Assembly: GCA_045628165.1 (NCBI GenBank)
Contig: JAZQPB010000156.1
Span: 17,367 to 81,366, forward strand
DNA from: Bacteroidales bacterium
GTDB taxonomy: Bacteria > Bacteroidota > Bacteroidia > Bacteroidales > UBA3824
Length of the DNA stretch: 64,000 nt
Direction: 5' to 3'
Below the pieces are notes generated by a model. The model had not been told where the DNA came from, did no database searches, and saw only the letters and a list, made by a program, of their open reading frames with translations. A program made the position numbers and the translations under genes. Of the stretch, positions 18,501-26,470 are shown in pieces (within the stretch, counting starts at the first letter, position 1; every line of letters starts with the position of its first letter).

Positions 18501-19847
18501 ATCCGCATCGACGAGATAAACTCCACGGGAAGCATCCTTCTGCGCATCCGCTCGCTTATGGAATCATACAAGGTAATGGACCTGAAAAACCGCCCCGCAC
18601 GCCGTGAGAGGGAGAAAGTAAGGCCTTTTGAGAGCGAAGACAGGAAGAGGACGATCCTCGCGCCCCACTTCGCCGACGGATACAGCGAGGTATTGGAGGT
18701 TTTGTTCCAGATGAGCGGATACAACTACAAAACCCTGCCAATGCCCGACAAGCGTAGCGTGGAATGGGGCCTCAGGTACGCAAACAACGAGATTTGCTAT
18801 CCGGCCACTATCGTAATCGGCGATATGATAAAGGCGATAAAGGAAGGCCAGTACGACCGGCACAAGATAGCCTTCGCAATCACTCAGACGGGCGGACAGT
18901 GCAGGGCCTCATCGTACATAGCGCTTATGAAGAAGGCGCTGATATCGGCAGGCTACCCCGACATCCCGATAGTGTCGATAGGCACGGCGGGCAAGACGAT
19001 AAACGAACAGCCGGGTTTCGAGATCAACTGGATGAAACTTCTGCCCACGGTATTGCCGTCGGCCATTTTCACTGATACGCTTCTCAGGTTCTACTATATC
19101 CTGGCCGTCAGGGAAAAGAACAAGGGCGAAACCCTCAGATTCAAAGAGAAATATATGGCCCTACTTAAAGCGGAAATGCCATACCGTCAGCCAAAGAAGA
19201 TCTACGAACTTATGGCTCAAATGGTGGACGAGGCCAACAAGATAGAGACCATAGAGAAAGACATCCCGAAGATAGGAATCGTGGGCGAGATTTACGTGAA
19301 GTACAACAAATTCGGCCACAGATTCATCTCCGACAAGTTGGTGGAGGAAGGTGTGGAAGTAGTCTTCCCCCCTATCCTGGAGTTCTTCACTCAGGAAATA
19401 GTGAACGTTAAGAAGAACTGGGAGATGAACCTCAGCCACAGGAAGTTCTCAGTATGGGTATTGCTGGAATTCTTCAAGCACTACATCAACAATGCTATCT
19501 CCAAATCGCAGAAGATACTCGCAAAATCCAAGTATCCATTTGTGTTTGAGAACATTAAGCACATAGCCGAAGACGCCGAGCAGACCCTGAGCCTCAGCAA
19601 CCAATTCGGCGAAGGCTGGCTGATAAGCGCCGAGATATCATCATTCGCCAAGCAAGGCATCAAAAACGTGATATCCGTACAGCCATTCGGTTGCATAGCC
19701 AACCAGATAATCAGCAAGGGAATCGAGAAAAACCTCAGGAAGAAATATCCCGACCTCAATCTCCTTTTCCTGGATTACGACGACGGCGCATCGGACGTAA
19801 ACATTACAAACAGATTGTATTTTATGATTAAGAATTTAGATAAATAG
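15585..19847 (+). CDS. Fused double BcrAD/BadFG-type ATPase (acyl-CoA dehydratase activase-like) with large C-terminal DUF2229-like region
   Basis: Two ASKHA ATPase modules begin LGIDIGSTTAKI and LGIDSGSTTSKV. Each is followed by a cysteine-containing segment (MNGNCAGGTGAF, LNESCSAGCGSF). About 750 aa of C-terminal extension. Start set at ATG 15585. Confidence 0.8.
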   Translation: MDNKQERYQLGIDIGSTTAKIVVFNSHGDIVFHQYGKHNTYIYQSLTQALKNAQEKLGNISVSCAITGTAGMGVSERNGIKFIQEVIAATNVVELKFPEVHTLVDIGGEDTKMIFFEKGKSPDIRMNGNCAGGTGAFIEQMAQLLNVKIEDMNALAAESKNHYPIASRCGVFAKTDIQNLLARKVEKADIAASIFHAVGIQTLNTLSRGYEVLPKVMFIGGPLTFMPELRNKMLKAMHLTEQDMIIPPYSEYFPAQGAAYEAEGEPSHSLDELIEQFQKSQNIVIEPKDRLTPLFKDETEYQTWLKERNIINPQRVELKDYNGSHLYLGIDSGSTTSKVIIMGDNHEIIFSHYVNNGGNTLEKIHDAIKEFFEENRTVLQQKSLAISASAVTGYGEDLVKAALGIDYGIVETLAHFSAAQFLNPKVDFIMDIGGQDMKAIFIQNGVINRIELNESCSAGCGSFIETFAKTLGLSTPDFAQIACTSSAPCDLGTRCTVFMNSKVKQSLRENASVGDISAGLAYSVIKNALFKVLKLKNFNELGETIVVQGGTFKNPAVYRALELLTGKKLTSTEIPEMMGAFGAAIYAKTKLEQDGKNSGNFVGLDNIDKALEYTNKQILCKGCENNCLVTSFKFNNKQTYYSGNKCQKVFNSKGEKVEKGENLFAVRYKMLFDRELSLSENPRMTIAIPRVLNQYSNYPFWHALFTACNIKVLLTPPTTMGMYETGAGTIMSDNICFPAKIVHGHIMWALEQKPDRIFYPIVTYEKNEFKNTENCFNCPIVSGYSDVIKSSIDPKEKYGIPFDNPVVNFNDEELLFKTCKKYLKSLGVESSVIKKAFKQAVLAQTEYRSQIAVKAMEIIENAKNNNKLLVVLAGRPYHADPLINQKTPDIIADLGANVISEDSLATYLDAMELQVIPQWAYPNRILNAAQWVAQQDQNITFVQLNSFGCGPDAVLVDEVTDILRASGKSNTVIRIDEINSTGSILLRIRSLMESYKVMDLKNRPARREREKVRPFESEDRKRTILAPHFADGYSEVLEVLFQMSGYNYKTLPMPDKRSVEWGLRYANNEICYPATIVIGDMIKAIKEGQYDRHKIAFAITQTGGQCRASSYIALMKKALISAGYPDIPIVSIGTAGKTINEQPGFEINWMKLLPTVLPSAIFTDTLLRFYYILAVREKNKGETLRFKEKYMALLKAEMPYRQPKKIYELMAQMVDEANKIETIEKDIPKIGIVGEIYVKYNKFGHRFISDKLVEEGVEVVFPPILEFFTQEIVNVKKNWEMNLSHRKFSVWVLLEFFKHYINNAISKSQKILAKSKYPFVFENIKHIAEDAEQTLSLSNQFGEGWLISAEISSFAKQGIKNVISVQPFGCIANQIISKGIEKNLRKKYPDLNLLFLDYDDGASDVNITNRLYFMIKNLDK

Positions 19848-19928
19848 AACACGGATGACGCAGATCAGGCGGATAGGCGCGGATTTTTTTATCTGCGAAA
19901 ATCCGCTCAATCAGCGTAATCCGCGTTC
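19847..19928. terminator. Nested imperfect palindrome (REP-like / terminator hairpin)
   Basis: Outer arms GAACACGGATGACGC / GCGTAATCCGCGTTC (13 of 15 positions match). Inner stem GCGGATTTT / AAAATCCGC with a T-run in the loop. Confidence 0.5.
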
Positions 19929-19949
19929 AATACCAAACACGATAAAACA

Positions 19950-21182
19950 ATGTTTTTTTACACTTTAGGCATCAGAGTATATAATGCCGCAGCAAAATTG
20001 ATTTCGCCTTTCAACGAGAAGGCCAAAGACTACACACAAGGAAGAAAGAATCTTTTCCAGAATCTTGCCAAGGGAGTAAATCCCAACGACAAGAACGTAT
20101 GGTTTCACGTAAGTTCGCTCGGAGAGTTTGAGCAGGCGCGTCCCGTAATGGAGAAAATGCGCACTCTCTACCCCGACCACAAGATAATTCTCACATTCTT
20201 CTCGCCCTCGGGCTACAACGTGCGCCACAACTACCAGGGCGCCGACTACGTTTGCTATATGCCGGCAGACACTCCCTCCAACGCCAGGAAGTTTCTCGAC
20301 ATAGTGAACCCCAAGGTGATTTTCTTCGTGAAATACGACTTCTGGTACAATTTCCTAAGCGAAGCCCACCGCCGAGCCATTCCGCTGTATATCTTCTCAA
20401 CGATTTTCCGCAAAGAGCAGGTATTCTTCAAGTGGTACGGCAAGAAATACAAGGAGGTCCTCAACTTCTTCACACACTTTTTCGTGCAGGACGAGAACAG
20501 CGTGAAACTACTTGCCGAAAACGGTATCACCAACGTAACCATAGCCGGCGACACCCGTTTCGACCGCGTTTGTCAGATTACTCAGAACGCCAAGAACATT
20601 CCCCTTGTGGATAAGTTTGTGGGTGACAGCAGGGTAATCGTGGCTGGCTCAAGCTGGCCTCCCGACGAGAAAATCATCTTCGAGGCAATGGACCGTCTGA
20701 AATCCAAGCACAACATAAAACTGATAATCGCTCCCCACGAAATCCACGAGGGCCACCTCTCCTCTATCGAGAAAATGCTCTCGGTAAAGAACGTCCGCTT
20801 CAGCAAGGCCGACGAGAGCACCGTATCAGAAAACCAAGTTCTCATCATCGACAATTTCGGAATGCTATCGTCGCTCTACAAGTACGCCGAGATAGCATAC
20901 GTGGGCGGAGGCTTCGGCGTAGGAATCCACAACATCCTTGAGGCCGTAAGTTACTCAATCCCCGTAGCCTTCGGTACCAACTACAAGAAATTCAAGGAAG
21001 CCGTAGATCTCGTATCCCTCGGAAGCGCCTGCACAGTCCGCGACGCCGAGGAACTCTACTCGGTATTCGACAGATATCTCTCAGACAAGGCCCTTCTTGA
21101 GCGCGCAGGCAAGATTTCGTTAGAATACGTTCAGAAGAATCTGGGCGCAGCGGATACGATACTGAAGGAGGCGAAGTGGTAA
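19950..21182 (+). CDS. waaA: 3-deoxy-D-manno-octulosonic acid (Kdo) transferase
   Basis: 410 aa. The N-terminal glycosyltransferase-N motif WFHVSSLGEFEQARPV is typical of KdtA/WaaA. Confidence 0.8.
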   Translation: MFFYTLGIRVYNAAAKLISPFNEKAKDYTQGRKNLFQNLAKGVNPNDKNVWFHVSSLGEFEQARPVMEKMRTLYPDHKIILTFFSPSGYNVRHNYQGADYVCYMPADTPSNARKFLDIVNPKVIFFVKYDFWYNFLSEAHRRAIPLYIFSTIFRKEQVFFKWYGKKYKEVLNFFTHFFVQDENSVKLLAENGITNVTIAGDTRFDRVCQITQNAKNIPLVDKFVGDSRVIVAGSSWPPDEKIIFEAMDRLKSKHNIKLIIAPHEIHEGHLSSIEKMLSVKNVRFSKADESTVSENQVLIIDNFGMLSSLYKYAEIAYVGGGFGVGIHNILEAVSYSIPVAFGTNYKKFKEAVDLVSLGSACTVRDAEELYSVFDRYLSDKALLERAGKISLEYVQKNLGAADTILKEAKW

Positions 21183-21193
21183 ATTTGAATACA

Positions 21194-21243
21194 TTAACCC
21201 ATAGTGCTACGACGACCTTGGCGTCGGGAGTACTATGGGTTAA
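21194..21243. repeat. Hairpin repeat, copy 1 (TTAACCCATAGTGCTACGACGACCTTGGCGTCGGGAGTACTATGGGTTAA)
   Basis: Long imperfect stem-loop. A near-identical copy in the same orientation lies at 25189-25234. Confidence 0.8.
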
Positions 21244-21333
21244 TCTCTCTTTTTCAAAAAATTTCACCCAAATCTCTTGCTATTATCAAAACAATATTGC
21301 ATTTTTGCACATACAAACAACCTACTTGCGACA

Positions 21334-22233
21334 ATGGAAGGAAAAAGAATACCGAAATTTATGAATCCTGTCATCGACCTCGCCTTCAAGAAGATATTCG
21401 AGGTGGAGGAAGTGATGATAGAGTTTCTAAACGACTTGATACAAACCAAGTTGCCTGGTGTAACAATCACAAAGGTTACATACCTGAAAAAGGACGTCAA
21501 CGGCGACAGGCGAGACGAGCGTGGCGTAATCTACGACCTCCGCTGCAAGACCAATACCGACGAGGAATTCATAATAGAAATGCAGAACGACCCACAGGAC
21601 TTTTTCGAAAAGCGAATTCGTTACTACATCTCGAAAGCCATAGTGGACCAGGGCGTGAAACCTGCCAAGACAAGCGTGAAAGACCATTACGTGCCTTGGG
21701 ACTACAACACGCATCCCGTACTCGGGGTTTTCTTTATGAACTTCTACGACAAGAAGGACCTCAAACCAATCTGTCACAAGGCGTGGGTGGATACCGACGA
21801 CAAGACAAAATGCACTCCCGAGGATCCTATGTATTGGAAAATCCAGTTGCCATACTACCGCAATATGCAAGAGAGCGACTGCAAAAGCGACATTGATTAT
21901 TGGATATACAACTTAGCGAATATGGAAACATTTACCGACACATTGGCCTTCACCGACAAGAAGCCGATCTTCAAGAAAGTAGGCGACATAGCCGAGTACC
22001 TCAATCTCTCGCAGACTGAGCAGGAACGCTATTGGTACGAATGGGACCGTATGAACCAGGAGTACAACAAAAAGCAATATCAGATAAAGGAAGGAATCGA
22101 GAAAGGCAGAACCGAGGAACTCAGAAACAACATCCAGGCTCTTATGGAAAATGGGTTCAATTTCGACCAAGCAGTCAAAATGCTTAAAGTGTCAAACGAT
22201 AGATTGGAAATCATACGTCCATTCTTCAATTAA
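21334..22233 (+). CDS. Rpn-family PD-(D/E)XK nuclease (recombination-promoting nuclease / putative transposase family)
   Basis: N-terminus NPVIDLAFKKIF, then VIYDLRCKTNTDEEFIIEMQ (D...E.Q core) and a helical C-terminal tail. Start set at ATG 21334. Confidence 0.75.
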   Translation: MEGKRIPKFMNPVIDLAFKKIFEVEEVMIEFLNDLIQTKLPGVTITKVTYLKKDVNGDRRDERGVIYDLRCKTNTDEEFIIEMQNDPQDFFEKRIRYYISKAIVDQGVKPAKTSVKDHYVPWDYNTHPVLGVFFMNFYDKKDLKPICHKAWVDTDDKTKCTPEDPMYWKIQLPYYRNMQESDCKSDIDYWIYNLANMETFTDTLAFTDKKPIFKKVGDIAEYLNLSQTEQERYWYEWDRMNQEYNKKQYQIKEGIEKGRTEELRNNIQALMENGFNFDQAVKMLKVSNDRLEIIRPFFN

Positions 22234-22486
22234 AGGAATCCCAAATTTTTCCAACAAAAAAATTTTTGATTATAAAAAATAAATATCATATTTGCATACA
22301 ACAAACACCCCTATTCACTAACCATTAAAGAAAGGAGAAAAAAGAAACAGACATTACAAAGTTTACGCAAAACAGAAGACCTTCTTGCCGAGACAAGAAA
22401 CTTCGCAGATAATTTACAGTTAAAATAAATTACTAACTTGCGTAACTGACTTTATAACATATACTTGAACTTGTTAGTTCTTGTTC

Positions 22487-22622
22487 TCTCATCATAAATT
22501 ACCGCCAATAATTTGTAAACGAGAACAAGTACGAAGAAAGGTTCACGCCCTACAACGGCGTGGACTGTTTCGTGCTTTATATTCGTTTGCAGGGCGTGCT
22601 TGGCGGTAAGCCTATGATGAGA
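22487..22622 (+). ncRNA. Candidate structured RNA / leader (family not recognised)
   Basis: A 19-bp interrupted closing stem: TCTCATCATA + TACCGCCAA (22487-22508) pairs with TTGGCGGTA + TATGATGAGA (22600-22622). Internal hairpin CACGCC/GGCGTG. Alternative pairings exist (CACGCCCT with AGGGCGTG; CTTGTTCTC at 22480-22488 with GAGAACAAG at 22521-22529). Confidence 0.35.
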
Positions 22623-22669
22623 ATATTATATAGCATAGAGCAGTTCCGCCGTTAATTTTTTGTTCAGAA

Positions 22670-23077
22670 ATGACAGAAGAAGTAGAAAAATTAAAAACTG
22701 CCCTTGAAAAAGATGATTGGAGAGGCTTTTGGAGACTACTAGACTTCAAAGAAGTTATAGAGTTAGCAGACGCATTCCACCTAGGGAAAGTCTATGAACT
22801 ATATGGATACTATACATTAGCAGTAAAAAACATCGAAATTTATAACTGCAAGGAATTACTAAACGTATTACAGGCAGAAAGTTACGAAGAAATTCCTACA
22901 ATAAACACTACACTAATTCCAAAAGAAATTAAATCATTCTTAGGAATTATTATGAAAGTAGGAATCGAGACCGCTCACAAAATGTCAAACGAATGTACAG
23001 GAACCAATATAATTCTTTTGGATCTATTCAAGGACTTTGAAAGAAGATTTGAAAATGTACAAAACTGTTTAAAATAA
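22670..23077 (+). CDS. Small cytoplasmic helical protein, function unknown
   Basis: 135-aa ORF in the AT-rich island; no signal peptide; no family recognised. Confidence 0.5.
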   Translation: MTEEVEKLKTALEKDDWRGFWRLLDFKEVIELADAFHLGKVYELYGYYTLAVKNIEIYNCKELLNVLQAESYEEIPTINTTLIPKEIKSFLGIIMKVGIETAHKMSNECTGTNIILLDLFKDFERRFENVQNCLK

Positions 23078-23087
23078 AACACAGACT

Positions 23088-23870
23088 ATGAAAAAACTGA
23101 TTGTATCGATAATCTGTGCTTTCATTAGTCTTTCGGCCATAGCACAGGCAGACCTAGGACGTATGGAGAAATATGGTAACCACTTTCCATACAATCTCCA
23201 ACCGTCGGAACTTAACATCAATGGCAAAATCAGTCAAGTCACGTATGAGAATTACAGAGCGCAATACAGATTTGGCGAACTGGAGATTGGTAATCGTGTA
23301 ATTGGATCTGCGTTGTATAAATACAACGAAAAAGGACAATTAATACAATTCCAAAAAAATGGAGAAGGATGGTTTTGGTATTTTGGAAACAACGAATGGA
23401 ATTTGCAATATAATACCAACGGCAACATAGAATCTCCAAACCATATTTATGAGAACGGGAAATTATCCAAAGTAATTTGGGGAGGTAGCGTATATCGAAT
23501 ATTCTATTCGAATGGAACATTAAGCAAGGTTACCAAGTACAATTCAGACGGAGAAGAATCATACACTTCGTATTTCCAAAATGGAGATATGACAAAAGAA
23601 GTGACAACACCTTCTCGCTTCGGAGGATACAGTGGAGAAACCCGTCTGTACACATACACAAACCATAAAATCATAAATGGTGACGGTTGCAAATATTCAT
23701 ACAACAACAAGGGGTTAGTATCCAAAATAATATGCAGAGGTACACCATACGAATATCAATATGAGTATGACACCAAAGGCAATTGGGTAAAAAGAATTCG
23801 TATCGAAAAAGACAAAAACGGATACACTTCAGGAATTGTCTTAACCATTCGAAAAATCGAGTATCAGTAG
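23088..23870 (+). CDS. Secreted repeat protein (MORN-variant / YD-like short repeats), function unknown
   Basis: Signal peptide MKKLIVSIICAFISLSAIAQ. Recurrent Y.(E/S)NG.LSKV and YEYD.KGNWVKR motifs. Confidence 0.55.
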   Translation: MKKLIVSIICAFISLSAIAQADLGRMEKYGNHFPYNLQPSELNINGKISQVTYENYRAQYRFGELEIGNRVIGSALYKYNEKGQLIQFQKNGEGWFWYFGNNEWNLQYNTNGNIESPNHIYENGKLSKVIWGGSVYRIFYSNGTLSKVTKYNSDGEESYTSYFQNGDMTKEVTTPSRFGGYSGETRLYTYTNHKIINGDGCKYSYNNKGLVSKIICRGTPYEYQYEYDTKGNWVKRIRIEKDKNGYTSGIVLTIRKIEYQ

Positions 23871-24006
23871 AATCCAAAGTTAACGATGACAGTTATGACC
23901 AAGTAGGAATATACCACAAAAACATATTTCCGCTTGTTTTAAACATCAACAAAAGGATCTCATAATCGTAATTTACAATTCGCGAATCGTGAATTGGATA
24001 AAAGAT

Positions 24007-24053
24007 AAGCCGTGCGCCGAAGCCAACAACTTCCGCGCACGGCTTTGTTTATT
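24007..24053. terminator. Bidirectional intrinsic terminator between convergent genes
   Basis: AAGCCGTGCGC/GCGCACGGCTT stem followed by TGTTTATT. Confidence 0.65.
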
Positions 24054-24077
24054 ATAGCATCAGAGGAAGTAGGAAAA

Positions 24078-24926
24078 CTAAATCTCCTCGGTCATAAGAC
24101 CCGTATATTTCAATATTAAATCTAATGGCATACCGTCAGCCTTCATCTTCCGGGCCATTTCTATTTTTTCAGCGTGGGCTTGGGCTTCGGCCTCTGCCTT
24201 ACCCTCTTCCCTACTCTGAGACATCGCGGAACGCTCTGTTATCTCATCAAGTTTGGATTTCTCATAGGCGGCTAACTCAGCCTCGGTATATGCTGAACGC
24301 TTAACTATATCGAGAGCCTCGGCAATGTCGGGGTTATCAAGAAGGTCGTCGTCGGCCTCCTGCGTGCTCTCGTCAATCTCGGTGAAATATTTCATCCAAA
24401 GATCCTTCAACGCACGCTGACCTTTATCAACAGGTTTGTATTTAGGAAGTTCAACAAAAATAAGAGCCAGATCGTCGTGGATATCAGTGGGATGATTCTT
24501 GTTGATAACGTAATACTCCTGAATGTACTCGTCGGTATTCTTGTATTTGGAGAATGCGTGGTCGTCTACAATACTGAGCGCATAAACGCTCTTCAAGTCC
24601 TTGAAATCCTGAGCCTTCTCCAGTTGCGACGAATATACCTTTGTGGTATTGTGGAGGGTGCGCACAAAGAAAGCATTGTTCCAATAAGTCTGCATTTCCA
24701 CGATGAAAATGCGGTTCTCGTTGTCCTTGCACTTAACATCCACAATGGAATACTTCTTGGCGGGATTCTCGGGAATCTGTTCAGGAGTAAGGTACGAAAC
24801 CTCTCTGATGAAACGACCCGCCGGCAATGGCAAAAGCGCATTAAGAAGGCTCTTGACCAGATTCTCGTGCTGACCAAAAACTTTCTTGAAAGTAAGATCT
24901 ACCTTGGGATTAAGATACTTGGACAT
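24078..24926 (-). CDS. Rpn-family PD-(D/E)XK nuclease (second, divergent copy)
   Basis: NPKVDLTFKKVF, then YSIVDVKCKDNENRIFIVEMQ and a helical A/E/K-rich tail. Only distantly similar to the copy at 21334-22233. Confidence 0.75.
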   Translation of the reverse strand: MSKYLNPKVDLTFKKVFGQHENLVKSLLNALLPLPAGRFIREVSYLTPEQIPENPAKKYSIVDVKCKDNENRIFIVEMQTYWNNAFFVRTLHNTTKVYSSQLEKAQDFKDLKSVYALSIVDDHAFSKYKNTDEYIQEYYVINKNHPTDIHDDLALIFVELPKYKPVDKGQRALKDLWMKYFTEIDESTQEADDDLLDNPDIAEALDIVKRSAYTEAELAAYEKSKLDEITERSAMSQSREEGKAEAEAQAHAEKIEMARKMKADGMPLDLILKYTGLMTEEI

Positions 24927-24949
24927 AATGCTTTCAATTTATTAATGCG

Positions 24950-24957
24950 CAAAGATA
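24950..24957 (-). promoter_or_regulatory. -7 promoter box (TATCTTTG on minus strand)
   Basis: TAnnTTTG match 24 nt upstream of ATG 24926. Confidence 0.45.
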
Positions 24958-25045
24958 GTTATTTTTCTGATATTTTCCTACACCAGCCCAACAAACTCCC
25001 AATAATTTTCTGGAGTAATAGTCTTAAAAATTGTGTTAGGATAAT

Positions 25046-25148
25046 CCAAATCCCCAAATTCCTACCGAATTTAGTGATTACACTCTCCAAATTTATACCG
25101 AATTTGGGGAATTGACTCTCCGAATTCCTACCGAAATTGGGGATTTGG
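25046..25148. repeat. Three degenerate ~35-nt tandem units with nested 10-nt inverted repeats
   Basis: Units share the pattern (C)TCC(A/G)AAT-T...TACCGAA(A)TTGGGG. TCCCCAAATT (25051-25060) is the exact complement of AATTTGGGGA (25101-25110). CCAAATCCCC (25046-25055) is the exact complement of GGGGATTTGG (25139-25148). Confidence 0.7.
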
Positions 25149-25188
25149 GTATTTCACCCGTCCCCGGAGGGGACAAGCAAAGCATACG

Positions 25189-25234
25189 TTAACCCATAGT
25201 GCGACGACGCCTTGGCGTCGGGAGTACTATGGGG
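25189..25234. repeat. Hairpin repeat, copy 2 (TTAACCCATAGTGCGACGACGCCTTGGCGTCGGGAGTACTATGGGG)
   Basis: Same orientation as the copy at 21194-21243, with about 3 differences. Confidence 0.8.
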
Positions 25235-25353
25235 ATTCACGAAACGCAAAAAACCGCTTTCGTGGAGAAATAAGACGATTCAAAACTTCGTCAAATTGAG
25301 CAAAAAATGATGATTTTGGCGGACTTTTGCAGGTGAAACAGAATAAAAATCCT

Positions 25354-25361
25354 TATCTTTG
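25354..25361 (+). promoter_or_regulatory. -7 promoter box (TATCTTTG)
   Basis: TAnnTTTG match 27 nt upstream of ATG 25388. Confidence 0.5.
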
Positions 25362-25387
25362 CAGTCCACAAAATCCGAAAAACAAAA

Positions 25388-26464
25388 ATGATAAACATAA
25401 ACACTCAAGACCTTATAAAGGTGCTGGATATGACTCCGGCATCTCAGAATATAATGCTTGTGGGAAAGCACGGAATCGGTAAATCCGAAATTCTCACCGA
25501 CTATTTCTCCAAAAAGGGAATGAAGGTAATCGCGCTCTTTCTCGGTCAGATGAGCGACCCTGGCGACCTCATCGGTCTGCCCAACAAGGACGAGAAAACA
25601 GGCAAGACCACCTTTATGCCTCCCTATTGGTTCCCAATGGACGGCGAGCCGATAGTATTGTTTCTGGACGAACTCAACCGAGCAAGGCCAGAGGTTTTGC
25701 AGACCATTATGGACCTCGCGCTCAATAGGAAACTCGCCGGACGATCTCTGCCTGACGGAAGCCGTATTATATCCGCTGTAAACGACGGTCAGGAATACCA
25801 GTTGACCGACCTCGACCCAGCGTTGGTATCAAGATTCAATATCTACGGATTCCGACCCACAAGCGAGGAATGGCTTCTCTGGGCCGCGCAGAATAAGGTT
25901 GACAACCGCGTCATCAACTTCATACAGGAGAATCCAGAGTATCTCGACGGCAAGGTTTCGGCAAATCCTGCCCAAATCGACAACGGTCTCGAGAAATCGC
26001 CCGACCGCCGCGCGTGGAAAAAGGTCTCTGACATTATGCAGAATATCGGAAATATTGAGGACTTCCATAAGAGACTGATATCAGGAGTGATAGGCGTGCA
26101 GGCTTCAAGCAAATTCTGCAATTTCGTGAGCGAGAACAGCATCGTATCAGCAAAGGACGTATTGCTGAAATTCAGCAAGGTGGCCCCTACCCTGGAGCAT
26201 TACCACGTTCACCAGTTCGCACAGGTAAACGAATCGATCTACCGTCATCTGGAAACCGCAAAGATTTCCGAGAAAGACAAGCCAGTAATTGCCAAGAACC
26301 TTCCCGAATATCTCGACCTGATGCTCGATACCAAAAACAAGGAATCTGTGGCGCATTTCGCTACACTCTGGCAAAACGGCAACTACCCCAAGGCGGTTAC
26401 ATTCATGATGATGAACTGCGCCAACATTTACGAGAAGATAATCGACTACATAGAAAACATTTAG
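25388..26464 (+). CDS. AAA_5-type (MoxR/McrB-like) ATPase
   Basis: Walker A VGKHGIGKSE and Walker B VLFLDELNRA, with sensor/arginine region DPALVSRF and a helical C-terminal half. Confidence 0.75.
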   Translation: MININTQDLIKVLDMTPASQNIMLVGKHGIGKSEILTDYFSKKGMKVIALFLGQMSDPGDLIGLPNKDEKTGKTTFMPPYWFPMDGEPIVLFLDELNRARPEVLQTIMDLALNRKLAGRSLPDGSRIISAVNDGQEYQLTDLDPALVSRFNIYGFRPTSEEWLLWAAQNKVDNRVINFIQENPEYLDGKVSANPAQIDNGLEKSPDRRAWKKVSDIMQNIGNIEDFHKRLISGVIGVQASSKFCNFVSENSIVSAKDVLLKFSKVAPTLEHYHVHQFAQVNESIYRHLETAKISEKDKPVIAKNLPEYLDLMLDTKNKESVAHFATLWQNGNYPKAVTFMMMNCANIYEKIIDYIENI

Positions 26465-26470
26465 CGGGAA

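Noticed and set aside
21334-24926. Composite transposon formed by two Rpn 'transposase' genes
   Set aside because: The two genes are only distantly related rather than IS copies. I found no terminal inverted repeats around each gene, and Rpn proteins are not proven transposases. The bracketing hairpins are kept as a separate, hedged finding.
24477-25115. 212-aa plus-strand ORF
   Set aside because: Mostly antisense to the second Rpn gene, and it runs through that gene's promoter and repeat region.
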